A stretch of DNA of 51,155 bases, filler included, from Sphacelaria rigidula (GCA_964200075.2; 2 parts of 2 records of this genome joined end to end with filler, not necessarily neighbours in it), one strand, 5' to 3'; positions 11,031 to 24,200 are shown, counted from the first letter of the whole stretch. Notes: generated from the letters alone by a model not told the origin. Translations and numbers: made by a program.

Positions 11031-11614
11031 GTCGTTTCCAGACGGCGAGGTTTGGAAAAATCTCGTTGAGAAATGCCGTCAGTTCTCAGTGGGATCAAAC
11101 TGCCTGGAAGGTGACATTCCATCACACAATCCTCGCACACCGCACCCGCGATGGTACAGTCAGTGATGGAGCACACCTCCTCGCATACGAGTACAAGTGT
11201 AGTACAATTGGTGCAAAAGTAGCTATGCATGGTGTATGTATAGTACCGTAGCAGCAGCATAGCTGCTGCAGTGCTCCGTGCATCCTCTTCATCACCGTAG
11301 GACCAGGGACACTACATTACAGTACTTTTTCGCCGACAGCATTACTACCATGAAATAGCGCAGTGTCGCCCGAGCGGGCTGTATTGACTGTTCGTATCGT
11401 TTCATACTCGTCGTGCCCGCCACCGATTGCGAACTCTGTACTATTCTGTATACCAAGATTGTTGCGAGGTCACTTGACTTTGTTGTGTGCGGTATGGCAT
11501 AAACCGTGCTGCTGCACACTGCACCGCTTGCGACACTACTACTGTACCGAGCGGCGGTCGGCTGAAGAAGGGTTGATACGCGTGTCGTTTCGATCCCTAT
11601 TTTACCAGTAGTTA

Positions 11615-14600
11615 CTGTGTGTGCATGCGTGAGTGCGTGCGTGCGTGCATGTGTTGTGTGTTGTGTGTTGTGTATGATGTCTTGCCATCCCATATATCCT
11701 GTACGTGAGCAACGATTTCATGCCACCTTCGTTCAGGTCCCTCATTTCCCCCTCTAGCACGTCCCGCTCCTCCTTATATAGTTCACATTCTGCGACTGTA
11801 TAAGTTCTGCTCTCTATTGCTTTGCCACAGGGGCAGTTCTGTGTATCTACTTCCTGCTCCACTCGACTATCGGCATATCTCTTTCTTCTTTCTGGCAAGT
11901 CTAGGTCCCCCAGTCGAAATCGCAGTTTCAATTTTTTTGCCGCGTCCATTGGGCCATGCAAATATTCTTTCATCCCTGTCCCCTTTCTCAACCCCCCGTA
12001 TATCTGAAGGTGTTCTTCCTCGTCTACTTTGCATGTGAGCGCTTCTTCCCCCTTCTTTGTATCATGTCTCTTACTTTTGTTTTGTACCCCGCACCTTCAC
12101 CTATGGACAGTATTTTGTCTTGGTTTCCTTATATCTCTTTCGATACTTTCTCAACTTCTCTACCCCACCTTATTCCACCCTGCCCGTTTCGTCATTTTAT
12201 TCCATACGCCCCAATCAACTATGATAGGCAATCTATTTCTCTGCATGTTTTTTTACGTTATAATGCTGCCTCAGTTATCATGTATCTTGTTTTAAGTGGG
12301 TACATTCCCAACTCTGCTCTCGAAACTGTATTACTCGTCATTTTCGAGCATCCAAGTACTTTCTTAGCTGCTACCACCTGTACTGTTTCCAACTTCTCCA
12401 CCGACTTCACGTTCGCAATCCATACCTCTCCTGCATATTCCAGGTGCAACCACCTTCAGAGGATAAATCTCTTGATCCTAGTGCCTAGGTGCAAGTCTCT
12501 GAGGATTACCTCCATCCTACCTATCTGTGCCTTACCCTTTTCTATTACATTATTTATGTGTGCATCTCAAGAACAGTTTATCCAGATCTCTACGCCAAGG
12601 TATGTATACTGGTCTACGACCGGCAGCTCCTCTTTTCCCCATTTCCATTTGGACTCTACCGGATTTTTCTTATCTTCGTTGCATACGAGTACCGCGGAGT
12701 TGTTAACGTTCGCTATCATTCTCCATTTTCTAGTGTGTTCTAGCCTCTTCTCTACTTGTTTTTGCGATTATTCTGGTGTTCCTGAAATTCCCACAGAATC
12801 ATCCGCGAACATCAATCCTGATACCATATCTTCACCTAGCTTGACTCCGTGCTTTGCTGCTTCTATTGCTATCATCAGGTCATGAACAAAAACTCCAGCA
12901 CCTTGAACAAAGTGGGCGATGACGTACATTCTTTCACAACTCCTTTTCAAATATCAAAATACTTCGATATTTTCGCGTCTAGCATCACAGCACTTTTGAC
13001 ACATTCTGTCATCTTTTCCACTATTCTCCATAATATCGTTCCTCTGATCCCAATTTCCCACAACTTTTTTTCAGAGCCCATTTTTCCATACTGTGCCGTG
13101 AGCATTTTATACATCCACAAAGAAACAGTACGTTGTCAGCCCGGCATCTTTCGCGCCCTGAATAGCGTTGCCTAATGCGTACACATGGTCTACGCAACCC
13201 TGGTTCGGTCTAAAATCTGCTTTCTGCTTGCCTCTCGCTGATTTCTTTTTCCTTTTCCAGCACCGTTCCTACTCTATCGTTCAGAGTCTTAGTTCATGTT
13301 TTCCCTACCGTGGTCAGTAGCGTTATCCCTCTATAATTTGCAGGGTCAGCCTTGCCTCCTTTTTTGAAAAGGTTGACTGCTACTCCTTCTATCCACCTCT
13401 TGGGTCTGTACACGTATTCCCAGATCCAGTTATACGGCATAATCATCATGGTAGTCATTCCCTCTCCCCCGTACTTTGGAAGTTCATTGACTATTTTGTC
13501 TGCCCTTGCTGCCTTTCTGTTCTTGAGATGAGCTACTACACTCCTTTGCTTCATGTCTGGTGAATTCTGTCTGCAATTCTTTGCAGCCACTATCCTCCCG
13601 TTCTGACGCCCCTACATCTTCCTCTGCCCACGCGTTGATTTCTTTTTCGAATTCCGTGTCGAACTTCGTGTTAGTTTTTGGTGTCCCTGGTTTACGGTAG
13701 TGCTCTACTAGCACTTCTCTCTTTCCCTTCGAACCACTGACCATTTTACCGTTCTGTGCCCGTAGTGTGGCTACCCCCTTGTCTATCTTTCCTGCCTGGT
13801 TTCCCATTATCCTTTTTATCCCTACCCACATTTGTTTCGTCCCGCCATCGAAATACCATTTTTTTTATTCACAACATCTCCTCAAACCCCCTTATTTTTC
13901 TTCACCACGTTTCTTACTTTCTTTCGAGCGTTGGTATACTCCTCGAATCCTGTCTGCTCATATCGGTTGTTGATTATGTCCTCAGTCGGTGGCTCTGCGG
14001 TGCCCACTGGTGTGTATCTGTATCTACTCTGCTACCCTGAATCCCTTGGGCTTTTCCCTCTTTTTATTTTTTTGTAGTTTATTTTATTATGATATTTTCT
14101 TTTCTTTCCTGTTATTTTTCCTTTTTTTGTCTCAGATCAGCCATTTTTTTCTGTGCTTTGCTTGTGTTGACTTTTCTTCCTCTTCCTCTTCCTCTTCCTC
14201 TTCTTCTTCTTCTCCTTATTTTTTACGTCTTAGTCTACTATGTCGTTCCGTCCGATTTTTTTTCTGTTTCTTTTTTTTCTTCAGCGAGTGTTTCAGTTTG
14301 TTTTCCTTGGGTATGTCCATCATGAGACCACGACTAGACCCCTGGGGGGTCAGTTCAAGTGCGACGATCAATCAATCAGAATCATATCAATCCCACCCTA
14401 CCGTAGTTTTACTTGATATCATCTTGCGTGGGCCTCTCTTCTTACCTTCATAGCCTCTTTTGCTTCCTCATTCACCACTTTACTGCTCTGTTGCATACGA
14501 TCAGTTTCTTCCCTATGCCTTTTACTCACTGTGTTCTTGACCACCTACTCCCCTACTTCTACAACTTCGCTTCTGGTCGTTCCCTTTCCATTTTGGTATG

Positions 14601-15500
14601 AACTGCACCTACGCTTTCCAACAGCTCGGAAAATTTAACTGCGTTTTTAGCCATCTCTTCTGGGAACTCGTGTTGTTTTTCATCCGTTCCTGCGTTGTTG
14701 ATTTTCCATTTGTACAACTTCCTACCCCGACTATTCATCCGTACTCTTCAACTTTGCACGTACTCTTCAACTCTGCACGTACTCTTCAACTTTGCATCCT
14801 ATTTCCGCCTGATCTTTCTCCCATGACTATTGGATATCCACTATATCTAGGTCGCGGTCACTTACTTGGTGGGCTACCTCTATTCTTTTGCGCTTGTCTG
14901 TGGCGAATCCACGCACGTTCCACGATTCTATTCTCAACGTCCTTTCCGGATTCATTATCTACTCTTCGTTTGTCTGCTTTGCTCTCTCCGTCGTTTGCAT
15001 TTATATTTTTCCTTGCTTGGTTCTTCTTCCCGTCTCTTCCCGTTTTCGGTTTGGTCTTTGTCTATTTGCTTCTGGTCGCTATGTCGCCTACTCTTCCCCT
15101 TTCGGGCACTTACTTGTTCCTGCTTCTCTTTCCCTCCGTTTACCCGTGAACTGCGTCTTAGGTATATTGTTCCATCAGCCATGCATACCCTCCATCTTAT
15201 CCTTCTAACCCATGCCGACGCCTTACTTGTCTCTATCCTTTCCCACTCCCTGCTCGCGCTCTGTTTTAGCGTGACTTCGAAGTGTTTTCCCTCCCTTTCT
15301 ACTTTTTCTCTTGCCAAACAGTATAGTCCAACTTCATTTCATCTCCTTTTGAACTCCGTCCTCTTCATATCGCTGCGGACCCCGAATACCAGCACTACTA
15401 GTACTTTACCCGTCCACTCTTTGCTTCTCCATCCGCCCTTCCTTAACGTCTCTCTATCGATCTTTTCCGAGAGTATCTCCAGTTTGTTCGTTTCAAGTGT
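11615..15500 (-). mobile_element. Decayed non-LTR retrotransposon, RTEX-like (ORF1-like region, APE, RT, C-terminal Cys motif)
   Basis: APE motifs SWNVRGF and DLDIVDIQ*SWE (~14935-14815). RT motifs NLFKKGGKADPANYRGITLL and GLMFADD. HLEYAGEVW...RAELG and KLRFRLG...CPCGKAIESR...ECELY. (CAACA)n/(CA)n tail at ~11615-11673. Multiple stops and frameshifts. Clade assignment is inference. Confidence 0.9.
13945..14392 (+). mobile_element. 5'-truncated RTE 3'-UTR fragment inserted antisense into the RTEX-like LINE
   Basis: Matches 24780-24873 and ~25150-25358. Ends gagaccacgactagacccctggggggtcagttcaagtgcgacg(atca)n. Removing it rejoins the host frame KTTVGW|EEYTNARKK. Confidence 0.85.
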
Positions 15501-17352
15501 TGTGGTGGAATATATTAATAGTCAAAGTACTGGGATATCCCAATCCAAGTACTCGTTGGGGGTCTGGTGCATTTCAGGTTTTTCGCTGGCTCACCGACAC
15601 TAAATAATGTCTCCAACATGGGCTCGTAGCCTGAAGCCAAGTTCAACACCTTTGACACAAGTACCCCACGTTTGTGCTAGGCGCTCTTCGTGGTAACCAG
15701 CCAGGCGTCCCAAAATCGTATCTTCTATCTTCTTGCCCCGTTGCTGTACTGATTTTTTCCCTCCAGGGAAGTCATTTTTGCCGTGTGAGGTTTAAGGACG
15801 ACTTGCGTAACACAAGCTGTTACTCACATCGGGATGTCCCGTACATCACTTCTTTCCACTCCGTGTACGGTTCACCGAGGGTCGATACTCCACTGATCCT
15901 TCAGAGTAGACCTTCGCTGCCGAAAGCTTGGCCAACGATCCCCCCACACTTCGTACCATCTTCTATCCTTCAAGATTTCAAAAATTCGACATACCGCTCG
16001 GTGCTCGTTCTCGTAGGGCATGTGGTCGGTCATTGATAAGGTGTTTGTTTCATGAGTGCAGTATGTATTGACGTTTATGTCATGCGTTATCCACACCTTC
16101 CCTTCATCAGACGCCTTTTGCACCTAAAGTCGGGAAATTCCTGGAAATGGCTGACCAAACTTCCACCGCCCGATAAACGCTGGTAAGGGTTTACCGGTAT
16201 CTCACCACGAGACCCCAACCCCCATGTGAATTTGACACGGAGGGGATGACCCTACCCTATCCGTACTCGTTATATCTATCATATTTATCATTTGCATGTA
16301 AGGTGGTCCACGTTCGTGCTATCACTCACATGTTTGAGTTTTGGTTTTAGTCTTGTCTTACCTTTCTTATGATATAGGGGAAGGACCTTGGTTGTTTCCC
16401 TTTTGACATAGGAAAATAGAGCTGTATTTCTTCGCTATTTCACGTCTATATCCGGGTGTGTTATGATAGATTAAAGGAAAAGGATGTCTAGCTTCGTCAT
16501 TTCATATCTTTGTCCGGTCTGTGTTATGGTATGTCAAAGAAAAAGGGTGGTTAGCTTCTTCATTTCATGTAACTATATCCCAGCTGTGTTATGGTGGGGT
16601 AAAGAGAAAGGATGCAGGTGCAAACGTAATGTTTCAGCTCCAGCAATTAGTTGCAAGCCTTCGTCCACTGTCATTAGCACCCAGCAGTAGCGCTAAACGT
16701 ACTGCAGAGAATCAATATGCGCAATCTACAAGTGGCGCTAAATTGCAACAGCAGTGGTAGTGCCTGTTACTTCGTGTTACCCGCCCGTATGGTGAATGCT
16801 CAATGTATTGTGCTGGACCAAAATACACGTCATTTGGACTAGGACATGGCTTTCGATCTATACATACATAAGTTTGTTTCGAACATCATAGTACCGCTGG
16901 TACCGTCGACGACTCTATTCTCTTTACACACACCATGCAATACATACACAGCCCATAACATATACGTACACTGCGAGACACGCATTGCCAAGCACTCTCA
17001 CCTTCGAGTCCTGGCATCACTTACAACCACGTCTCTCGCAGCATGGGCGCTATCTGATGAACAAGACATGCCAAGCCTCAAGGCAGGATTGTTCCAAACC
17101 TCAAGGCAGGAGTGTTCAGCTGTGGACTCCACCAATGGAACTGCGCCGGTAGACAGCACAACGCAACCTTCGACGAGTCGTTCACATGTGAGAATTGGTC
17201 GTGGGGTTCATGCCGTAGAAAGTCGCCCACATGTTGTATACCGCCGCCCCGTGCAAAACGGCCCAGGATCGTGGATGTTTTGCTGTACGTCGGTGCCATA
17301 CTACTTCCTCTGTCCCATAAGTAGAGTTCGGTATGTCTGCACGGGCCCGTAA

Positions 17353-17453
17353 CCCTTAGACCGCGATTCTGGTAGTCCATCTGGGTCAGGCATACTTATT
17401 TCAAGTTAAATGGATGCCGATTCAGTAGGTGACCTACCCTCGCGGTCAGAGGC
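17353..17453. mobile_element. piggyBac-type MITE
   Basis: cccttagaccgcga...tggatgccgattca...cctcgcggtcagaggc, flanked by gtaa / ttaa. Confidence 0.75.
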
Positions 17454-17588
17454 TTAACCGTATCCGACCCCTTGGGCGATATTTTCATTAAAACCATTGG
17501 CGTTTCTCGAGTTGAAACCAACTTTTTAGCGCGTTTCTCTGCATGGGCGAACGACTGAAAGAAACAGGCGGACCCAAAAATGGCGGTA

Positions 17589-17647
17589 ATCATCATCATC
17601 ACCATCACCATCACCATCACCATCATCATCAGCATCATCATCATCAG

Positions 17648-17679
<32 letters not shown>

Positions 17680-17728
17680 GCATCATCAGCATCATCAGCA
17701 TCATCATCATCCTCATCCTCATCATCAT
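17589..17728. repeat. (CAT)n microsatellite with CAC/CAG variants
   Basis: Directly visible; it creates spurious poly-His, poly-Met and poly-Ile ORFs. Confidence 0.97.
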
Positions 17729-20700
17729 GAGCTTTATGAACTTCAGCTATTTATTCATCACGTAAATGTCTCTCCGTCCCATACTTCATCTAGCATCCAT
17801 CTGACGCTCAAATTCTTGCTCAATCCAAGTAAAAAATGATGGAATTCGGAACATTTTTTTACTACGCTCTGACTGCAGCAGGATCAAAGTAACTGCCAAC
17901 CACTATACATGAGTACAGCGTCCCTATTCGGGGGAAAGGGGAAACGTAAGAAGAATGACCAATTCTGCTTGTTGACCACCGTCCGGAGCGTCGCGGCTTT
18001 TTTCGGAGTAAGAAGCGACAGCCGCCCACTCCGACATTAGTTTGAGAGGTCGAGACCCCGGGTGTCGTCTATCTGAGCTTTGTAGTTTTTCCATTGCATT
18101 GTCGGCTTCTCGAGACCAACACCGTACGGCTCGGTGAGCGAACCTAGAATGCCTCTGGGCACCCTTTAGCTGCCTGGCGAAATGGCCAGCGCTATTTCCA
18201 CCTCCATGACGTATCGGTGGCCCAACGATACTTCGGCGCCCCATATACGATGTGGATATGTGTGCACGGGAGAGTACATCGTGGTTGTGGTAGACGAACT
18301 ATTGCACGTCGAAATTCCAAAAAAATGGACAATTCTCAAAGCATGTATGAAAATCTTCCCGAGATACTCTCACAATATGGGCAATTTCTCCCTGAAAATT
18401 CTCAGCATAACTTGGATATATTCATTCTTCAATGGGCATATCCAAAGCCATGTATTTTCAACAAACCTAACTGTAGCATCCTGAGCGCCTCCGCTGGGGA
18501 GGTACGATCTACACCTCATAACAGCCTTTACTTATGGCGTAGAGGAGGTAGTACCTTCAGAAATATACCGGGGTACGTGATATGTTCCACGCATTCGTGG
18601 CGTGTTGCAGCTCCGCACATAGGGGCAATTTCTTGGGAACTGCTTACGTGCGTGGTGCAAATAATCCCTTTTCGTCATTGTGCCCCTCGTGGTATGTCTT
18701 GCGGTCGTGGTGGAAGTCACATGGCGATGTAACCCTCGCTGTCATGACCTGGAGCCATTAAGATCAGGTCTAGATTAAGAACTGACGAATTTCGCATCTC
18801 GTTGGATGGCCAGGGCGAGTTTTGGTGAGCTGTCGTTATTGCATCATGCCGCCGGTTCTTTCCTTCCACCACTTTTCGTTCTTCGTAGACCCGTACATTG
18901 TGAGATGCCCTTTCTGGGGTTCAGAGGGGGTGATTCCGAGAGGATTCATTCCCCGTAGGTAAACTACTCAACGGGAGACTACTGTAATCACTTTTGTGGG
19001 GATGTGCGCAAAGGTCGCAACATATCACGTCATTGTGTTAATGTACTTGTAAGGCACGGAGGATTTGAATGTGTATGTGCTTATTACGGGGGAATAACAT
19101 GGCGTTCGTGATCCTCATGTTTACGAGAATGCAACCGATAGCTCGCCGTGTAGGGTTGATGATATCATTCGAATGCTCGAAGGAAACCTTGCCCATCAGC
19201 GCATAAGAGGAGGGAGGGAAGACCACGGACGACGAATCCACAAAACAGAAAGCATATCGCAGAATGAAGTAGCTGGTGTAGTGAGATAGTCACAGTATTG
19301 TGATGCACTGTGTTTATGTAGAACATGAGGGTCACAGAAATGGAAAACGAAAGCATCAATCTCCCTGGTAAGTTATTATGCGGAACGCTGTTTACTGCAC
19401 AATGGGTGAGACTGATCAGCGTATTTCGAATGACTGCACGTAGCTCCCGGTAGCATACTCCACGGAGCACACTGAGCACACTGTACTATGCCGTTCTCGA
19501 CACATTTCAAATGACCCCTTCATGCGATGGCCACGGCACTGTGCACTGTACAGTACCGTGCAAAGCCGTTTCTACAATTACGTGCATAAAATAAATCATA
19601 ATGAGCTACTTCGAAGTATATAGTGCACATTTCTCAAGTACACATGGCATGGCACCATGCTGTAAACATAGTGCCACAACACGTAATGTACGTTGCACAG
19701 GGCAAGTACGCACGCCAGTTTGCTATTGATACCACGACAGTTTACAGTGAAGAATGCGAATTGGGCGGGGGTTACCCTCCAAGACGTGTCCAGGCTTTTC
19801 GACATTTTTCCGACCATGGGCACGTCTGTTGGTTCCGTTTTTCCACACGGATAACTTGATTTGAAACTGCATCCTTTTCATGGGCACATCGTGCGTTCAG
19901 GCGACTTTTCTCCTGTTCAGACGCTACACAAAAGCTGGGTCGCCCCCTAAAGGGTACTTCCCTTCGGCCCGTTCTAACTCACAATTTGTCGCGAGTTGTG
20001 CCTACCATGACACATCGTGGTAATCGACTTATCAACGCGCGTCTGTTAATCCACGTGGTCCTGTAATCCGACAAGTTCCCGTCGAATTAAATACCAAAAT
20101 GTTATCACCGGCGAAGTGTAGAGAGTTGAGAGTGACATATGTAGCGAAATTAGAAAAATAAAGCCTGAAATTGATCTTTCGGTTACAGTCTGTTGTGCGG
20201 CGGCCGCAAGTCGTAGTACCGCACAAGTTGTGGTTGTACAACAATGCATGTACTGGGCGCGAACAGTGTCTAAGATGGCACGCGGACGAGCCTCCCAGCG
20301 CGCCAAGGCGTCTGGTAAAAGTGTGCGAATCGATGATCAGTGGATGAACACCTACGTGCCGCGGGTGGAAGACAAGGAAACGTCAACATCCTCTGCAATA
20401 TACGTATCTCCGCGCAAGCTACATTTGTACTTTTCTACCTTCCTCCCCCCGACCGCCACTCGAGTGGGGACGGGTGCGTCAGGTTAAGCTAACCCCATTG
20501 ATGACGCAACCAATACGAAGGTTAGAGTAACTTGACCCATTAGCCTGCCTGTGTTTGGTGGTACAACATACAGTCTAGGTAGTGGGTTATGCAGACAGAC
20601 AGTGATGACGTCCAGGCTCCATCCTGCAGCTTCGGTGTCTTACCCAAGACTGGAAACCAAATGGAATCCCGCAGCTGCAGCGTTTCACCCGGCGTTGGGA

Positions 20701-20849
20701 CACGGTCACGGAAAGCACGTTAATGGAGATGAGGCACGTGTTAGCGGGTAACAGATTCGGCGGACTGAAGATAGCGGCCACCGCGGGCTGAGCAGGCTAC
20801 ACCTTCCCCGCGAGAACAAAAGGCAAGGCAAGTACGATGACAGACGTTT

Positions 20850-21215
20850 TGATTGCTTTTTTGTTGTTGGTTGTCGCACTTTCACCGATCCTTGAGGGAT
20901 CCAGCCGTGGTCACATGATTAGACATACCCGAGACGAGACAAAACTGGAACACCCGCTGAAAAAAACAAAACAGAAAAAGGTAGAACAGAACAAAATAGT
21001 AGACTAAGACGTGGAGAAAAAAAAATGAAAAGAGAGGAGAAGAGAAGAGAAGAAAAGAGAAGAAAAGAGAAGAAAAAAAAAGAAAAGAAAATCGGAAATG
21101 AAAAAGCTCACCCGTGAAAATGAAAAAGCTCACCCGTGAAAATGAAAAAGCTCACCTGTGAAATTAGAAGAGGAAACAGACCAAGAAGGAGAGCAAAACA
21201 AAGAAGAAGACGTGT
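20850..21215 (-). mobile_element. RTE 3'-end fragment inserted antisense in the 5' region of the RTE element
   Basis: Reverse complement ends ccacggctggatccctcaaggatcggtgaaagtgcgacaaccaacaac, with a pyrimidine-rich UTR as in 14100-14320. Contains a ~22-bp triple tandem (aaatgaaaaagctcacc.gtga, ~21096-21165). Confidence 0.8.
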
Positions 21216-21249
21216 GAACATAGGGAAGGCTAAAGCTAGGTCGCGTACT

Positions 21250-24200
21250 GGGGGAGTCAAAGTGGCGACCTATATCGTCCGTACACTGTCCCGCACGTGA
21301 AAGAATGGAGCTGGCCATACTGAGGTGGTCTTGCAGAAATGCGGGCCAGTCGGATGTGACGTCATCGGGCTAAAGGAAACGAGGAGACCCGGCCATATCA
21401 AGTTCAGTGCGGCGGGATACCGTGTCTTCTGTCGCGGGGCGGTAGGGGTTAGGGGAGGGGCTGGACAACATGGGGTTGGGTTGGCGGTCAAGGAGTCGAT
21501 CATCAACAAGGCGACGTGGACTCAGGCACTAATCAGCGAACTTCTCATGTCGATGACTTTCAACCTCGCGGGTGAATCCAATGCTGCCACATTTGCAGTT
21601 GCATATGCCCCTACAGACGCGCTACAGTCAAGAGAAACGAGAGATGTGTTCTGGACTGGGTTGGGCAGCATCTTTTTCTTGTCGCACTTTGAACCCCTCC
21701 CTTTTCTCAGGATGGGTCCGTGGTCTCAAGGGACCATCCCCTCTCTCTCCCGGTACACACCTTGCATTTTGGTATCCTGGATTGGGTCAGCACTCCCGCA
21801 CCGCGTCAACTCACGGGAAGAAACTCAGTCGAGTTCTTTGTGTACTCACATTCTCAAGCTTTCCACGGTGGAAATCAAATATTACGGAGTAAAAACCCAA
21901 CGCATCGGGAATCGAACCCTCATTATCTGGACCCTAATGGCGACAGTCGGACCATTGCACCACGGAGGCGCGGCGGCACTTGTGAACCGAATTCCCAACA
22001 AATGCCACCTGTTTATCTTGGTGGACGGTAACGTGAGGACTGAGGTACGAACAGACGAGGAGGAATGTCAAATAGGGGGGGCATACCGCGAGGATTGCCG
22101 ATCCAACGACAGTAACAGCACCTCTCTACTGCAATTTGTAGGCGACAACGGGCTTGCCCTGGTCAACACGTTCCTTTCCACCCGCAAGGGAAGGTCCTTG
22201 CGTACGTTCAACGTTATTGCGAGCCGCCCCCCGGACAAAAACGCCCTCACAAGGCAAGATCACCGCAGACTTGTTCGCAATGTCACCGTCCACCTTCAAT
22301 CCCCCAACCCGCCGGCCTCTGACCACAATATCGTCCTCAGTACGGTTCCTTGGTTGCTCCGCACACAATAGATGAATCCCAGTTGGGCGTACACCGATCG
22401 GCAGACAAGCAATAATATTTGACACCGACAGACGGGAACAACTTGCCTAGCTCATCATCAGCGAGCTCCAGCAGAGTATACATGGCAATACACTTAGTTC
22501 ACTAGCTGCAAACCTGGCCGACGTACTCCTGAGTGCCGCTTGAAATGTGGTACCCCGTCTGACCCAAACGTCACGGGTACCGGGGTGGTTTCAAGAATGC
22601 TGTCATCTGAATGGAGGTCGAAGGGGTCTAGAATGGGAGGGAAAGGGCGAATCGACGGTGCGGCTGTGACCATCACGAGATACACTCGCATGGCGCACTT
22701 TGCGAGTAGTGTGCAAAATGGTCAAAGAGGTGATCCAAGTTGGGGCGGAACAATTTATGGACGTGTGTGCTAGGGAGTTGGAGAAGAATACTCGTACTCA
22801 AGTAGGGGATATGAGAGAAGGGTGCAGACATCTCACAGGAGGGTAGATACGGTGTGGAAAACAATCGAGAGTGAGCAGAACATTCGAGATAAGGACGGGA
22901 ATACGCTCGGGACAAAGGTTCGATCATTGAGAGATGGGAACGCTGCTTCTTCACATTGCTGAACGCCATATTGGTAACTTTCGACTGAGCCGTCATCGAC
23001 AAGATTGCGCAACAACCGATAGCGCTGTCACTAGGAGACCCGCCAAGCTCAAGTGAAACCGAGGAGTCTCTGAGGGCTATGTTGAACGGCAAGCGACGGG
23101 TCCGGATAGTCTAACCGCTCAAATCCTGAAGCTTGGACTGAACGCGGAGGCGTCGGGGTTCTGTACCACTTCCACAGTAACGTCTCTGCGGTTTGGATAT
23201 CTGGCGAGGTGCTGGAGGAATGGAAAGACGCCGCTATCAGAGTGCTACACACAAAAGAGGTAGGACCGCGTGTGGTAACTGCCGGGGCATGTCACTTGTG
23301 GCATATGCTGCTAAGGTTCTCCTCAAAATCGTATTCAACAGGCTCGGTAATTTTATGTGAGGAAACAGATGCCTTCCAGGAAGAGCAGTGCGAATTTAGG
23401 CGACGACGAGTGACCGCAGACCTCAATTCGTAGTACGCCGACTTTGGGAATTGGGACGGGCGAGAAACGTCCCACTAAACATGTGCTCCATCGATCTGCG
23501 GAAAGCCGACGATTCCGTAGACCGCACGCTCCTGAGAGACGTGCTTGCTCGCTTCAGCGTCCGTGAATGTTTCACGATGGCATGCTCGGGTACAGCTCGA
23601 TCGTGGCGACCCATCAGCGTGGTTCCACGCCTGCCAGGGGCTCAGATGACGTTGCGTTTCCACCCCGCTGTTGTTCAACATCTTCGACGCAACCTCGGTC
23701 GACGTGAGCGTATCGTACAGCGATTGGCGATGGATCCAGTCATCGTCTCAGACTTGATTTTTCTGGATGATACGCCATAAGGTAGCGGTGGTGAGCACCT
23801 GGGAGAGACGCCGCTAGAAATGGTGCGGCGAGCGGTGTTGGCAATGCTTTATGCGGCAAACGCTGCATAATCTTGAAAACCTAAAACGACCTTGTTCGAA
23901 TGATGGCCGTGGTAGTGATGACCTGCCAGGAATTCAGCCTGATGGTTTCCAAGAGCAAGGCAGAGTCCATGCGCCTATTGTCAGTACCCAGTTCCACGGA
24001 AGCCTCCCTGCACATCGAAGCTACCGGGTAACGATATATGCAGACCGGGAAGTTCGTCTACCTCGGTGGTGCTATCAGCACGGATGCGAAAATGTCCATC
24101 GAAACTAACCGCCGTACCAGCGCAGCGTGGTCGCGTACCCGAAAATGTAGCTCCCAACTCTACGATCGCCCCAACACCCAGCTATCCTTGAAAGTCCGAC

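Noticed and set aside
11956..12885. 309-aa plus-strand ORF, and similar ORFs at 14598-15603, 26466-27194 and 27788-28171
   Set aside because: Antisense shadows of LINE coding sequence; the conserved motifs are on the minus strand.
17396..17839. Poly-His, poly-Met and poly-Ile ORFs
   Set aside because: Translations of the (CAT)n microsatellite.
20276..20403. MARGRASQRAK...DQWMNTYVPRVEDK as a BED-finger or hAT transposase start, or a host exon
   Set aside because: Too short, lacks the Cys pair, and no continuation was found beyond the RTE insertion.
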